Part shown: positions 50,751 to 63,550 of the stretch, piece after piece
Position numbering within the stretch: position 1 is the stretch's first letter
Layout of the letters: every line of letters starts with the position of its first letter
Source of the DNA: Cetorhinus maximus
Taxonomy: Eukaryota
Length of the DNA stretch: 64,000 nt
Assembly (NCBI RefSeq): GCF_964194155.1
Contig: NC_135885.1
Coordinates: 57,784,001-57,848,000 of the forward strand
Reading direction: 5' to 3'
The notes under the pieces: generated by a model
Database searches by the model: none
Seen by the model: only the letters and a program-made list of their open reading frames with translations
What the model was told of the DNA's origin: nothing
Made by a program: the position numbers and the translations under genes

Positions 50751-51915
50751 AGTGAGAGTGACTGCCCTGGACATAAAGGCAGCTTTTGACCAAATGTAGC
50801 ATCAGGGAGCTCTAGCAAAACTGGAGTCAATGGGAATCAAGGGTAAAATTCCCCACTGGTTGGAGTCATGCCTAGCAGAAAGGAAGATGGTTATGGTTGT
50901 TGGAGGTCAATCATTTCAGTTCCAGGACATCACTGCAGGAGTTCCTTGGGGTAGTGTCCTCGGCTCAACCATCTTCAGCCGCTTCATCAGTGACCTTCCT
51001 TCCATCATAAGGTCAGAAATAGGGATATTCGCTGATGATTGCACAATGTTCAGCACCATTTATGACTCCTCAGACACTGAAGCAGTCCATATCCAAATGC
51101 AGGAAGATTTGGACAATCTCCAACCTTGGGCTGACAAGTGGCAAGTAACATTTGTGCTACACAAGTGCAAGGCAATGACCATCTCAAACAAGAGATAACC
51201 TAACCATCATCCCTTGACATTCAATGGCATTACCATCACTGAACCCTCCACTATCAACATCCTGGGGGTTACCATTGACCAGAAACTGCACTGGACTAGC
51301 CATATAAATACTATGGTTACAAGAGCAGGTCAGAGGCTAGGAATCCTGTGATGAGTAACTCACCTCCTGACTCCCCAAAGCCTGCAAGGCACAAATCAGG
51401 AGTGTGATGGAATACTCTCCACTTGCCTGGATGAGTGCAGCTCCAACAACACGCGAAGCTTGACACCATCCAGGACAAAGTAGCTCGCTTGATTGGCACC
51501 CCTTCCACAAACATTCACTCCCTCCACAACTGACGAACAGTGGCAGCAGTGTGTACCATCTACAAGATGCACTGCAGAAACTCACCAAGGCTCCTTTGGC
51601 AGCACCTTCCACTTTGGCGCTACCATATAGAAGGACAAGGGAAGCAGATATGTGGGAACACAACCACCTGAAAGTTCCCCTCCAAGCCACTCACCATCCT
51701 GACTTGGAAATATATCAGCGTCCCTTTACTGTTGCTGGGTCAAAATCCTGGAACTCCCTCCCTATCAGCACTGTGGGTGTACCTACAACACATGGACTGC
51801 AGCGGTTCAAGAAGTCAGCTCACCACCACCACCACCACCACCTTCTCAAGGGCAGTTAGGAATGGGCAATGAATGCTAGCCTAGCCAGCGCCACTCACAT
51901 CCCGTGAATGAATGA
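50751..51915 (+). mobile_element. CR1/L2-group LINE, RT to 3' end
   Basis: LDIKAAFD, GVPWGSVLG and FADD motifs; 3' end (GAAT)n. Confidence 0.9.
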
Positions 51916-52995
51916 TGTCCCAAATTGCTTTACAGCCAATTAAGTAATTTTGAGTTGTAGTAGTTACTGCTCTAATGTAGAAAATGTTATCAAATGGCAG
52001 AGTGGGTTCCAGGGGCTGAATGGTTTACTCCTGCTCCTAATACATATGTTCATATGTCATTTGGATGGATGAGATGAGCTGGGCTGGATGGCCTTCATCA
52101 TTCATAATAATCTTGCAGAGGTTGGAATCATGGCTGAAGTTCTGTTTAGTTTGTTGCTAATGGAATTTTACTCAGGCTTTGTGGGGGGTGGATATTGCCA
52201 GGACAGGAGTGCATAATGGGCTCAGTGAATCAGTAACCTGTTTTACACTGCACATGATTCTCAGGTGTCTTTTCCATTGACTTCAATCTTGTCCTTTTGT
52301 CCACTCACCTATTTTTGAGATATTGAAACATCATGATAAAAGTTTTATTGCACTGTAGATATTGAAAATGTATCGTACTGAGAAGCAGCATTCAGCAGAG
52401 TCTTCAGATTCGCTGATCAAGAAAACACAGATACAACTGTGAACCATTCAGTCTTTGTCCTCTGGGCTCTTAAAAGTTATGTTGCACAGAAACAGCGGAG
52501 GGGTCTACTGACAGTGAAGACCTACATTGCTCAATCATCCCACTTTGTTGCTCAGGAGTCATTTGATCTTTCTTAGCCTGTGAGATAACGGATATGGAAT
52601 AGAATCCAGTTACACCCCTTGTATGAAATAATTATATTGAATAATATCATGCACACAGGCAGGAGGAAGTCTTCTACTTCTTCCATAGAATGGAAAAGAT
52701 GTTGCACAGTTTATCTGGGTTTGCAAGTATTAATCTCCCCCCACCTCAACAAATTTGAATTTACTGTCACTATGTCCACATGATGCAATGTGCTGAACAT
52801 GTTAACAAGAGCTGAGGCAGTCACCAAAATCAGTGTTATCATTGGCATAGTGTTAAACATAACCCAATGGAATATTTTTCTTTCAAATTAATAATATTGC
52901 ATGATGCTGTTAAAGTAAAATGTGTACTCTATGAGAAGTATTATATCTTCCTGACACCAGAATGTTATTGGAATTTAATGTTAAGTTGAGTTATA

Positions 52996-52996
<1 letters not shown>

Positions 52997-53036
<40 letters not shown>
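52997..53036 (+). repeat. (TG)n microsatellite within the LTR
   Basis: Visible directly; one interruption. Confidence 0.95.
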
Positions 53037-53228
53037 GAGAGATTTAATTGAATTAAAGACAGCTGGTCTGTAGGCTTTGCTGTATTAGAAAATAAGCTAT
53101 GTTTGAAATGTTAAGTCGGTAAACATAGGGTTAAAGGGAACATTTGCATGTTTAAATAAACAAGGTTAGATTGATTTCAAAGGAGGGGGTGAAATGTGTC
53201 ACCAAGCCAAGTGAAGTTCAGAAACCAT

Positions 53229-53356
53229 GGCTGAGATTTTCCAGCCCCATCATGGGCGAGACCCGCCGCGGGCAAGGCGGCACCGCAGCCAGAAGTCCAT
53301 TAACTTGCAGCAGGACTGGAAGGTCCCGGCGATGGGCGGGTGCAGAAAATCCTTCC
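53229..53356. mobile_element. Small Harbinger-type MITE in the Gypsy 5' LTR
   Basis: GGCTGAGATTTT...AAAATCCTTCC ends; related in inverse orientation to 46054-46185. Confidence 0.65.
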
Positions 53357-56300
53357 AGTGTGTTTATTTTTCCCAAAGATTACTGTTAAAATTAGTACAA
53401 TGAGAGATTTTTATTATCAGAGAGGTAAAGTCCAAAGACATAGTGAAACAATGGGAATTTGCATTCAAAGGGGAAAATATGTATAAAGGAGCAAAGGTTG
53501 TGTGTAAGGGGAGGCATTTTAAGATCTCAAGTGTGAAAAGCCTTCAGCATCTACGCCTCAAGCTGCTGCCTACAAAGAACTGAAGTTAAGCAAACTCACT
53601 TCGAATTGGATTGTTCAGGGTATTGTGTTCTTTGCCTCTTTTAAAATCCATGTGTCTTACTGTTGCCTTAATGAAAATGTATCTGGGAGTTAGAACAATT
53701 AGGGGATTGAGAAGTTATCATAGTAGTAATTTGTAGATCTATGTATTTAAAATCATTTCTTCTATTAATAAAGGTTCAATTTAGTTTTGTAAGAAACCTA
53801 TAAGATTTGGTGGTCTTATTACTACTGAATTCAAGGCATGCATCTCGAAATTTACACAAATTGCAAAACAAGTTGTGGCAGTTGTTTCAAGTTTCCCTTT
53901 GGGATTTGGGCAGCTCAGCATTTACCATCGGCTGTGCCATAACAAAGTTGAGAGCTCTTTGTGGGATATATTTGAAATTCCTTGATTGGGTTGGAGTTGG
54001 TGAATCTTAAGGTTACAAGTATGAGAAGCACTTTGAATTCAGGAGTTGGTCTGAGGTTTTTTGAAGTGGTGAGACTGCAATATGGCTTTGGCCGTTGAAG
54101 TTATAACTTTGGCTGGTTTACAAAAGGCAACTAAAGTTAATCTTATGGAACTGGCAGATATGATACAATTGAGATCACCTGCATGGGGTAAGAAAGCAGA
54201 CATAATTGAAGGTATAGCAGAGCATTTCAAGTTAGAAGTGATACCTGACACTAGTGAGTCACAGCTAGAGTTAGTGAGACGTCAGTTAGAAATGAAGAAG
54301 CTTGAACTTGAACGAGCGAAGGAAATGAAAAAAACTTGAGCTAGAGGCAGCAGAAAAGGAAAGGGCAGAAAAAGAAAAAGGAAGGGTATTTCAAAGGGAG
54401 CAAGCAGAAAGGCAGGAGAAAGAAAAGAAGCTGGAACTTGAATTCCAGGCAAGAGAAAAGGATAAAGAAAGAGAAGCAAGGGAAAGAGAGAAGGAACGAG
54501 AAAGGGCATACCAGCTTAAAAGACTGGAAGTTTAAAAGGAGATCTCAGGTTCTGAGGAAAGTTCTGATGATGAAAAAACCTTTCACCTAAAATCGAGTGG
54601 GGAAATGCTTAAATTTGTACAAGCTCTTCCAAAGTTTGAGGAAAGAGATGTGGAAGCATTCTTTATTTCATTTGAGAAGCTAGCTAAACAGATGAAATGG
54701 CCACAGGAAAACTAGACATTGTTGTTACAATCCAGATTGGTGGGTAGAGCACATGAGATTTATGCTTCATTGTCAGAAGAACTGTCGGTAAACTATGACA
54801 TGGTAAAAAAGGCTATTTTGAGTGCATAGGAGTTGGTTCCTGAGGCATGCAGGCAGAAATTTAGGAATATGTGAAAAGAGCCTGGCAAACTTATATTGAG
54901 TCTGAAGGAGTAAAACAAAGTAATTTTGACCGGTGGATACAGGCATTAAAGATGAGACAACATATGCAGTTCTTAGAGAGGTAATTCTTTTGGAAGAATT
55001 TAAAGGTTCAATTTCTTTGGTGAGTGAGAACACATGTGGAAGAACAGAGGGTTCAAATGGTAAGACAATCAGCAGAAATAGCTGATGATTATGAGTTAGT
55101 TCATAGAGCTAAACCTTATTTTGTCACCCTATTAAATCAGAAACGGATAGAAAGTGGGAAGGTGAAAGGGAGGTGGGTAGTTAGGGAAGAGAAGGAGTAA
55201 GTAGAAATTTTCAGGAAGTTTTTTTTCAGAATAAACAGGAAGGTGCTGAGGGTAGAAGAGACATTTGAAAATTGAGATGTTTTCATTGTAATAAAGTTGG
55301 ACATATGAAATCTGTATGCTGGAAATTGCAGGGAAAATCTATTGAAATTATAGGGGTACAGAAAAGTTCTGGAAGTAAAAGTATCGTGGGTTCTAAGGTT
55401 CAGGCAAAGGAAAAAAATAGTGGTTTATGTACAGGTAAAACAGGGGGTATCAGTGATAGGTAAAGAAGTGGAAATGTGTTCACAATTTACCCAAGAGAAT
55501 TCGCAGAAGCAGCTTACAGAAATGTTTAGAGATTTTGTGTGTGAAGGAAAAGTATTTCCATGTGTACAGGGCGGAGTAGGTAAAGATGTTTAAATTTTAA
55601 GAGACAGAAGGGCTAGTCAATCCTTAATGTTGTGGGATAGTGACATTTGTTGTTCAGTGGGAGTATTGTAGGAACAGGTGATAATAAGTGGAGTTCATAG
55701 AGATGCTAAACCTAATCCATTGTGGGAGGTAAATTTAAAGAGTAAGTGGAAAACAGGTGACGTGATTGTTGGAGTCGCGGAAAGATTGCCCATTTCAGGG
55801 GTTCAATTTATTCTGGGTAATGATATAGCTGGGTCCCAGGTGTGGGTGATGCCTTTGGTGGTTGAACAGCCTGTTGAAGTGTTTTCAACAGAAGTGTTGC
55901 AGAGAGAGCATCCTGGATTGTTTCCAGGTTGTGCGATATTGAGAACACAGGCTCATAGGTTGAAACAAGAAGAACAGGAATTTCAAAGGCAGGGGGAAGG
56001 TGTGGAAATCCAATTAGCTGACACTGTGTTTGATAAGGTTGTTCAGGAAGAAAGACTGGAAGACAATTCAGCTGACATGTTTAACTCAAGGCGGTTAGTG
56101 GAGTTACAGAAGAAAAAGGACTTGCAAATAAAACATTTATATCTGCCAGCCTACTCAGAAACAGAGGTAAAATGTATTCCAGAATATTATTACCTTAAGG
56201 GTAATGCTTCAATGAGAAAATGGAGGCCGTATCATGTTTCAGCAAATGAAAGCTGGAGGGAGGTGTATCAGATTGTAATACCATTATAGAAATGAGATTC

Positions 56301-58886
56301 TGAGGATAACTCTTGAAATTCCAATGGGGGGACATTTAGGAATTAAAAAGACACAGGCGAAGATACAAAAACATTTTTTTGGCGTGGATTGCTTAGGGAT
56401 GTAGTCAAGTGCTGTAGAACGTCACACATGTCAGGTGATAGGGAGACTACAAGCAGTGATTAAGCCAGCACCTTTAATTCCAATTCCAGCATTTGAAGAA
56501 CCTTTTACTAGGGTCATGATTGATTGTGTAGGACACCTCCCTAAGACGAAAAGTGGAAATCAGTACTTACTAACAATAACGGATGTGTCTACCAGGTTTC
56601 CTGAAGCAATAGGCTTTGAGAAATATTACAACAAAGAAAATTGTGGAAGAGTTAACTAAATCTTTTACAAGATATGGTTTACTTAAGTAAATGCAATTAG
56701 ATCAGGGTTCAAATTTCATGTTACAGCTGCTTAAGGAAGTAATGAACAGTTTGGGGATAAAACAGTTTGAGTCAACAGCTTACCATCCTGAGTCACAAGG
56801 GGCTTTGGAAAGATGGCATCAAACTCTAAAAACTATGATGAAGCTGTATAGTTATGATTATCCACAGGATTGTGATGGGGGATTCCATTCTTGTCATTTG
56901 CCATTAGGGACGGTCCTAATAAATCAACTGGTTTTAGTCCTTTTGAAGTAGTTTATGGTCATGAGATAAGAGGACTACTGAAATTGGTTAATGAGAAATT
57001 GGTGGGTCAAAATTCAGAAACTACTCTCCTGGGTTACGTATCAAACTTCAGACAGAGATTGGGCAGAACATGTGAGTTGGCTAGAGAACACTTAATGATA
57101 TCACAGCAAGTGATAAAAATGAAAGCAGGCAGGAAAGCTACAGCTCGTAGTTTTGTTACTGGGGAGAAAGTGCTAGTTCTGTTACCACCACTGGGTAACC
57201 CATTAAAGGCAAGGTTTAGAGGGCCTTACAGGATTGAAAAGAAGCTGAGTGAAGTGAATTATTTAATAAATACTCCAGATAGAAGAAAGAAGCAGAGGGT
57301 GTGTCATGAAAATATGCTTAAAAAGTACTTTGACGGGGAAGAGGACCAATATGTGTTAGTGGTGGTAGATAATGAGAAAGAAGTAGAAATGCAGGATTCT
57401 GAAAATGATTTTCCTCTAATCAAATTGGATAATGAGGCAGTACTTGAAAATTTAAATGTAAAATTGAGTTACCTTTCAGACAAGGGTCAAAGTGATTTAG
57501 AAAAGCTATTGCGGTCACACAAGGGTACTTGTGGAAATAAGTTGGGAAGGACAAATTTAGCTATACATATTGTATCTGTACAAGTTTCATCTTCGCTAAG
57601 GCAACATCCTTATAGAATAAATCAGGCAAAGTTATCACAAGTACAGAAAGAAATCAAATTCATGCTTCAATGTGTATCATTGAGTCTAGTTGCATAAACT
57701 GGAGCTCGTCTCTTGTGCCGATACCGAAACTGGATGAAACACAGAGACTGTTTGTGAACTATCGAAAGGTGAATGCGGTGGCAAAAGTGGATTCATATCC
57801 TATACCATGGTTGGAAGACTGTATTGAGAAAGTGGGACAATCAAAATTTATCACAAAGATTGACTTGCTAAAAAGGATATTGACAAGTACCATTATCAGA
57901 GAGAGCTAAGGAGGTATCAACTTTTGTGATGCCAGATGGACTATATCAGTTTAAAGTCATGTCGTTTGGTATGAAAAACGTACCAGCAACATTTCAAAGA
58001 CTGACAAAGTAATTGCAGGTCTGACCAATGGTGCTGGTTATATTGACGACTTGATAGTTTCCAGTCAGACGTGGGAGGAGCATTTACAACATCTGGAAGA
58101 ATTATTTATTCTATTACAAGAAGCTAATTTGGTGGTGAACTTGGCTAAAAGTAAATTTCCAAAAGCGCAAGTTATGTATCTAGTCCATACCATTGGACAT
58201 GGTAAGGTGGCTCCGAGAGATGTAAAAATCAAGACTATTGTGGATTTCCCCGCGCCTACAACAAAACGAGGAGTTGAGATTTCTGGGCATGAGTGGGTTT
58301 TATCAGATTTTGTACCAAATTTTAGCAGTGTGGTTGCTCCATTGATTGAAACTTCTTATTCTTTTTTAATAATTCAATGGACACTGGAGTGTCAGAAGGC
58401 ATTTGACAGTTTGAAAACTTTATTAACTACTACACCAGTTTCGGCCATGCCCACTTATGCCAAGCAATTTAAGTCGGCCATTGACTCAAGTGATATAGGC
58501 ATTGGGACCGTACAGGAAGATGACCCTGCAGTTGAAAACCCGATTGGGTATTTTTCACAAAGTTGAATGTACAACAGAAAAGATATTCAATGCTTGAAAA
58601 GAAGACTTTGGGTCTGGTGTTATCATTGCAGCATTTGAAATTTACGTTGCAAACAATTCATCAGAAACAATTGTTCATAGAAACCACAATCCTTTAAAGT
58701 TTCTGGACAAATTTCGAGACAGAAGTGCAAGGCTATTCAGATGGAGTTTATTACTACAACCATTTAATCTACAGATTATACATGTAGTGGGGCAAGAAAA
58801 TCCAATTGCAGATGCGCTGTCAGGAGCTTGAAGCTTAAAGAGAAAATTGGACATTTAAAACATGGACACTGGACTGGAATGATTTC

Positions 58887-59589
58887 TGTAGGCGGGATTC
58901 AACCTCCTTCTCCGAGACCCCAGGTTGATCTGGCTTTCGCATGGGGCAACTGCCCTCTTAACTACGGCTCAGACCGGGACTCAGGACAAACAACTCAGGA
59001 CGTCCGTTGTTTGGATTCTCAAACAAGATGGCTTATTCAAGCTTCTTACCGGCATATGCAGGGAGAGCCCTCTGAGCCCGTCCAGAGGTACTCTGCCATA
59101 ATTACAAAGTCTCATAATTTATATACTTTTTCTTATCACAATACATTTGAGTACATTTGAATATATCCACTCGGTAACCGACACACAGGTACCATGTTAA
59201 AACTATCCTATTTAGTACATAAACATGCAATTCTGCTAACCAATTATTCTAAAGGGTGTATACATAATTATATTATCCAATCAAAATTAAAACACGTATG
59301 CAAAGACCTTGGTTCTCACAACTCAAGACTGCTTGTGTTTCATCAAAGACCCCTCTGTCCATTGTATGTCCTCCCATATCTAAGCTAAACCATCTGCCCC
59401 GTCCCTATCTGAGAGAGGAGTACACCTAATCTAATTTGTGTCTTCCAGTCTGACTCTCAAGGCTGTGCAATGTTCATCTGGTAATCTTCAACTCTTAATA
59501 TGTTTAGCAGCCATGTCTGCCTGGAGATTTTAGGGTTTTTCGGTAACTTCTTAGTGTTCTCTCTTAGCATTTTTAATTTTCCCCTAACA
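58887..59589 (-). mobile_element. Solo LTR (possibly ERV-type) inserted in the Gypsy 3' region
   Basis: Minus strand TGTTAGGGG...CCTACA; 5-bp TSD ATTTC/ACTTC; TATA-like TATATAAA on minus near 59120. Confidence 0.75.
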
Positions 59590-59676
59590 ACTTCTGTTGA
59601 TACCAATTTATATATATTGTTATTATGTTAATGCATGCATCTGATAAAGTAATAGTGTAATAAGTATAAGAGTTAT

Positions 59677-60458
59677 TGATAAGTGTGAGGTGATGCATTT
59701 TGGGAGGACTAACATGGCCAGGGAAATCAGAATGCATGGTAGGTCCCTAGGAAGTACAGAGGACCAGAGGGACCTTGGTGTACATGTCCATCGATCCCTG
59801 AAGGCAGCAGCACAGATAGGTAAGGTGGTTAAGAAGGCATATGGGATACTTGCCTTTATTAGCCGAGGCATAGAATATAAAAGCAGGGAGGTTATGTTGG
59901 AGCTGTATAAAACGCTAGTTAGGTCACAGCTGGAGTACTGTGTGCAGTTCTGGTCACCACACTATAGGAAGGATGTGATTGCATTGGAGAGGGTGCGGAG
60001 AAGATTCATCAGGATATTGCCTGGGCTGGAGCATTTCAGCTATGAAGATAGGCTAGGGTTGTTTTCCTTAGAGCAGAAAAGGCTGAGGGTGAACCTGATA
60101 GAGATATGCAAACTTATGAGGGGTATAGATAGGGTGGGTTGGAAAAAACGTTCCCCCTCAGTAGAAGTGTCAATAACCAGGGGGCATAGATTTAAGGTAA
60201 GGGGCAGGAGGTTTAGAGGGGATTTGAGGAAAGCATTTTTCACCCAGAGGGTGGTTAGAATCTGGAACACATTGCCTGAGGGGGTGGTAGAGGCAGGAAC
60301 CCTCACAACTAGTATTTAGATGAGCACTCTAAACACCATAGCATACTGGGCTATGGGACAAGTGCTGGAAAATGGGATTAGACTTGATAGGTGTTTGATG
60401 GCCGGCACAGACACGATGGGCCAAAGGACCAGTTTCTGTGCTGTATAACTCTGACTCT
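59677..60458 (+). mobile_element. CR1 LINE 3' end replacing most of the Gypsy 3' LTR
   Basis: 209-aa ORF with DLGV, LYKTLVRSQLEYCVQFWSP and TRGH motifs, then a CR1 3' UTR. Confidence 0.93.
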
Positions 60459-61251
60459 ACTGAATTCAAGGCACACATCTTGAAATTTATACAAATTGCA
60501 AAATAAGTTGTGGAAGTTGTTTCAAGTTTCCCTCTGGGATTTGAGCAGCTCAGCATTTATCATCAGCTAAGCCATAACACTGCTTTGTTTAATAATCATG
60601 GCGGGATCACCTGTAAAGTCCACACAAACTAACAATGCATTATATCATTGCTGCTTTTAATATTAATGACCTATGGTGCATATATAATCGGACAATATTT
60701 GTAACCAGGTGCCAAAAATAGGCATTATCATTTTACTAGGATCTCTTTTATTGTTTGGTGAATCTTGAAAGGTGAACAAATATTCATCATCAAGGGATTA
60801 AAGGAGCAGCGGAGGAAAATGGGAAATAAGCGGCCTGGAAACAGAAGTACCAGGGCCCATGTTTTCTCTCTTTGGCCCTGTCCACAGGTTGACACAGGGC
60901 TGCGTTTGGAAGTTCAGGCTGTCTCTCTAGCAGAACTATCCACAATACAAGTATCTCTGCAGGGTCTGAAGTCTTGTCCAATGCAGAACCAGTCCTTTCA
61001 ACCTTGTGCAAGGAAAGGCTCCGTGCAGGTGGTGTATCATTGGCCGGACGTGAGGCAAACCTTTTCACACATCTCCCGAAGTGAAATAGCACCAATAAAA
61101 ACCCCGTTAGCTTTAATCAGACACCCCAGAAATCAGAAGCGGGCAGAAAACGTGTCCCCAACTTGGATATCCACTGAGTAGCGAACAAGTATTCTTATCC
61201 ATCCCGTCCAACACTTTCTCCTGAAAATATACCCAAACCTTGCAATGAAAA

Positions 61252-61420
61252 AACAAAAACAAAAACAAAAATACCTGGAAAAACTCAGCAGGTCTGGCAG
61301 CATCTGCGGTGATGTTAACTGTGTTTCTCTCCGCAGATGCTGCCAGACCTGCTGAGTTTTTCCAGGTGTTTTTGTTTTTGTTTTGGATTTCCAGCATCCG
61401 CAGTTCTTTGCTTCTATCTG
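61252..61420. mobile_element. Fold-back PLE terminal-repeat insertion with a 10-bp TSD
   Basis: GCAATGAAAA at 61242-61251 and 61421-61430; arms 61256-61309 and 61331-61384. Confidence 0.9.
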
Positions 61421-61499
61421 GCAATGAAAAGACAGCCGACTGACTGGTCTGTTAGGAATCTAAATCCTTTCTTCAGACAGCCAACCAGCCGGCTGGTGG

Positions 61500-62300
61500 A
61501 GAGCATTTCATTGGATGGTTGGGATTTACATTGCTAATCAGATGTTAATATTTGGCCAGCCCTGCTGGTTGTTTTTGTAACTGGCGGAAAGCGTTTTCAC
61601 TTTGTTGGTGACGCGGCGAGGTTTTGGCGCCTAGCGGCTCGCTCGGCGTTTGTTGTTTTCGGGTTCAGTCGGTGATTTTGGCGGGGAAAGGGTGGACAGG
61701 TTGAGGGCGAGGGAAATCCGGAGCGAGCGATCAAGGTGTCCGGCCACCAGGCTTTTCGCCCTACTACCGTGCGCGGCTCTGAAGGCCAGCCTGGGCCGCT
61801 CGGCATCCCTTCGGTTTGTCGACTGTCATCCATCCCTGATCTGGGGCCGGACCAGCAGCCGGCGACTTCGTGGGTGAGAGGCTTAAGGTGAGTGTGATCG
61901 AAGGGCCGGATAGCGTTAGCTCGGTGTAGATAGAGCCCGCTGATTCCCTCCGGCAGCAACATGGCGGCCTGCCATCTCTGTCGCCTTGTGTCCGGACCGT
62001 TTGCTTCTAACGCGATTTAAAAGGCGAGGCGCGCGGCTTTTCTAACAGTCGTCACCCGCGTTACTTTTAAACCTTGTGGTCCGCTCTATGTTATTTATTT
62101 GTAAATAGAGAATACCCCCCCAAAAATCTATGAGTATAGGACAACGGTAAACGTTGAGAAGATGAGAGAAATCCAGACGAAATAATGCGAAGTTCGGGTA
62201 TAAATACCGTCAGCCCAGCTTTACCTGTAGCCCGCACAAAATGGTCGTCTCAATTCTGGAGGCGAGGAACAGATTCACCGGAAAGCGTGCGATTCCTTGA
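61500..62300 (+). promoter_or_regulatory. CpG-island promoter with E2F-, CCAAT- and YY1-like motifs
   Basis: Only unique CpG-dense stretch seen; TTTTGGCGCC 61622-61631, TTTTGGCGGGGAAA 61676-61689, ATTGG 61510-61514, AACATGGCGGC 61958-61968. Confidence 0.8.
61620..61887 (+). other. Non-coding first exon of the downstream gene (CHAMP1 expected by synteny); start approximate
   Basis: Consensus donor AAG|GTGAGT at 61887/61888 inside the CpG island; no ATG seen in the exon. Confidence 0.65.
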
Positions 62301-63229
62301 TTCCTCCAGGAACAATCTTGTAAGATTTGTATTAATATAGCGCCTGGACACGTGTTTGAGCCCATCAGGTGTCATTAATTGCTTTGACTGCAGTGACTTG
62401 TTATGCGGTCAGAAGTCTTCAGTGGAATTTCAAAAGCCTTTAAACTGTAAGATGGAGGACTGAAGGAATTCTCCCATGTTTGAGGCCCCCGGGAAAAAAA
62501 GTGAGTTGGGGTAGGAGATCATGCAGTCATATTTTATTTCAATATTTAGCATTTGAGTTGGTGGGGGCAGTGTATTTCGAACCTGAAAAAAAAATGTGAG
62601 AATAAATTCAGACGAGTACTGGCATTTATTGATGAAGAAGTAACAGCTCGCTGTGAGAAAGAAATGAGAAGTGGGAGCAATGCTGTACATTAGAAAGCAA
62701 TTTTTTTCTAGTATCCTGCGCATCTGCGCCTAAATTGTGACAACACTCGTCCCATAGGCTTATTTTTGGGGTTTTGTGCAAGTAAGCTAGAAGGAAAAAA
62801 ACAGGTAACTTGTATTAAAAGGTTTCTATTAAAATTTAGCTCTCAAATCTAAATCTGTAGCGTACAGTTTCTGAAAATGCAAATTTGGAGAAAATATCTA
62901 TCTGAAATGTTGCTTCTAATATATGACAATCAGCTTGAGATAATGTGGGTTCATTTAGGTGTTCTGGTGAATTTTCACAGTCATACTTGGAAATATTTTG
63001 TTTATGTAAATTCAGAGGGAGCTAACTGTTTGGAACTCCAATTTGGCAGTTCAACTGGCCAATCCCTAGATAGTGAGCTAGGGAGGGTCAGAGAGGTCGA
63101 GCCTTTGGCTTTCTGCTAGTGAAAAAAGGACACATTAATCTGTAGAGGTCTGGTAAGGAAGTCCGATATTATGAAGCACTGGCACTTCCACAGTGCTATT
63201 CATGAACTTAAGAAACTTAAGTTTTAAAG

Positions 63230-63550
63230 ACTTACGAGAATGGTTCTATGGATAAAGGACTTCAGTTACATGGATAGTTGAAGAAGTGATGGCAATTCTC
63301 TTTGGAGAAGAGAAACTTGAGAGGAGATTTGATAGAGATATCCAAAATCATGAAGGCCCTGGACAGAAACTGTTCCCATTGGCAGAAAGGTTGAGAGCCA
63401 GAAAACACTAATTTAAGGTGAATGGTGAAAAAAAAACCAATAGTGACGTGAAATTGTTTTTTAAAAGCAGCAAGTAGTTAAGATCTGAAGTTCGGTGGAG
63501 GCAGATTCAATTGTAGCTTTCAAAAGAAAACTGGATAATTATCTGGTTAC
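63230..63550 (+). mobile_element. Degenerate CR1 3' fragment
   Basis: Colinear with 30365-30720. Confidence 0.75.

Larger units (their letters stand above)
52908..60579 (+). mobile_element. Gmr1-like Ty3/Gypsy LTR retrotransposon (gag-PR-IN-RT-RH), decayed
   Basis: 5' LTR 52908-53944 (TGTTA...TAACA); degenerate tRNA-Pro-like PBS at about 53948-53968; 3' LTR remnant 60459-60579; TSD ATGC/CTGC; CCHC knuckle; integrase about 56320-57330, RT about 57600-58200, RNase H to about 58825. Confidence 0.92.

Noticed and set aside
61597-62020. 121-aa minus-strand ORF and the + strand ATGGCGGCC start at 61961
   Set aside because: The + frame closes after 19 codons and matches a YY1 site; the minus ORF is typical of GC-rich DNA and has no recognisable domain.
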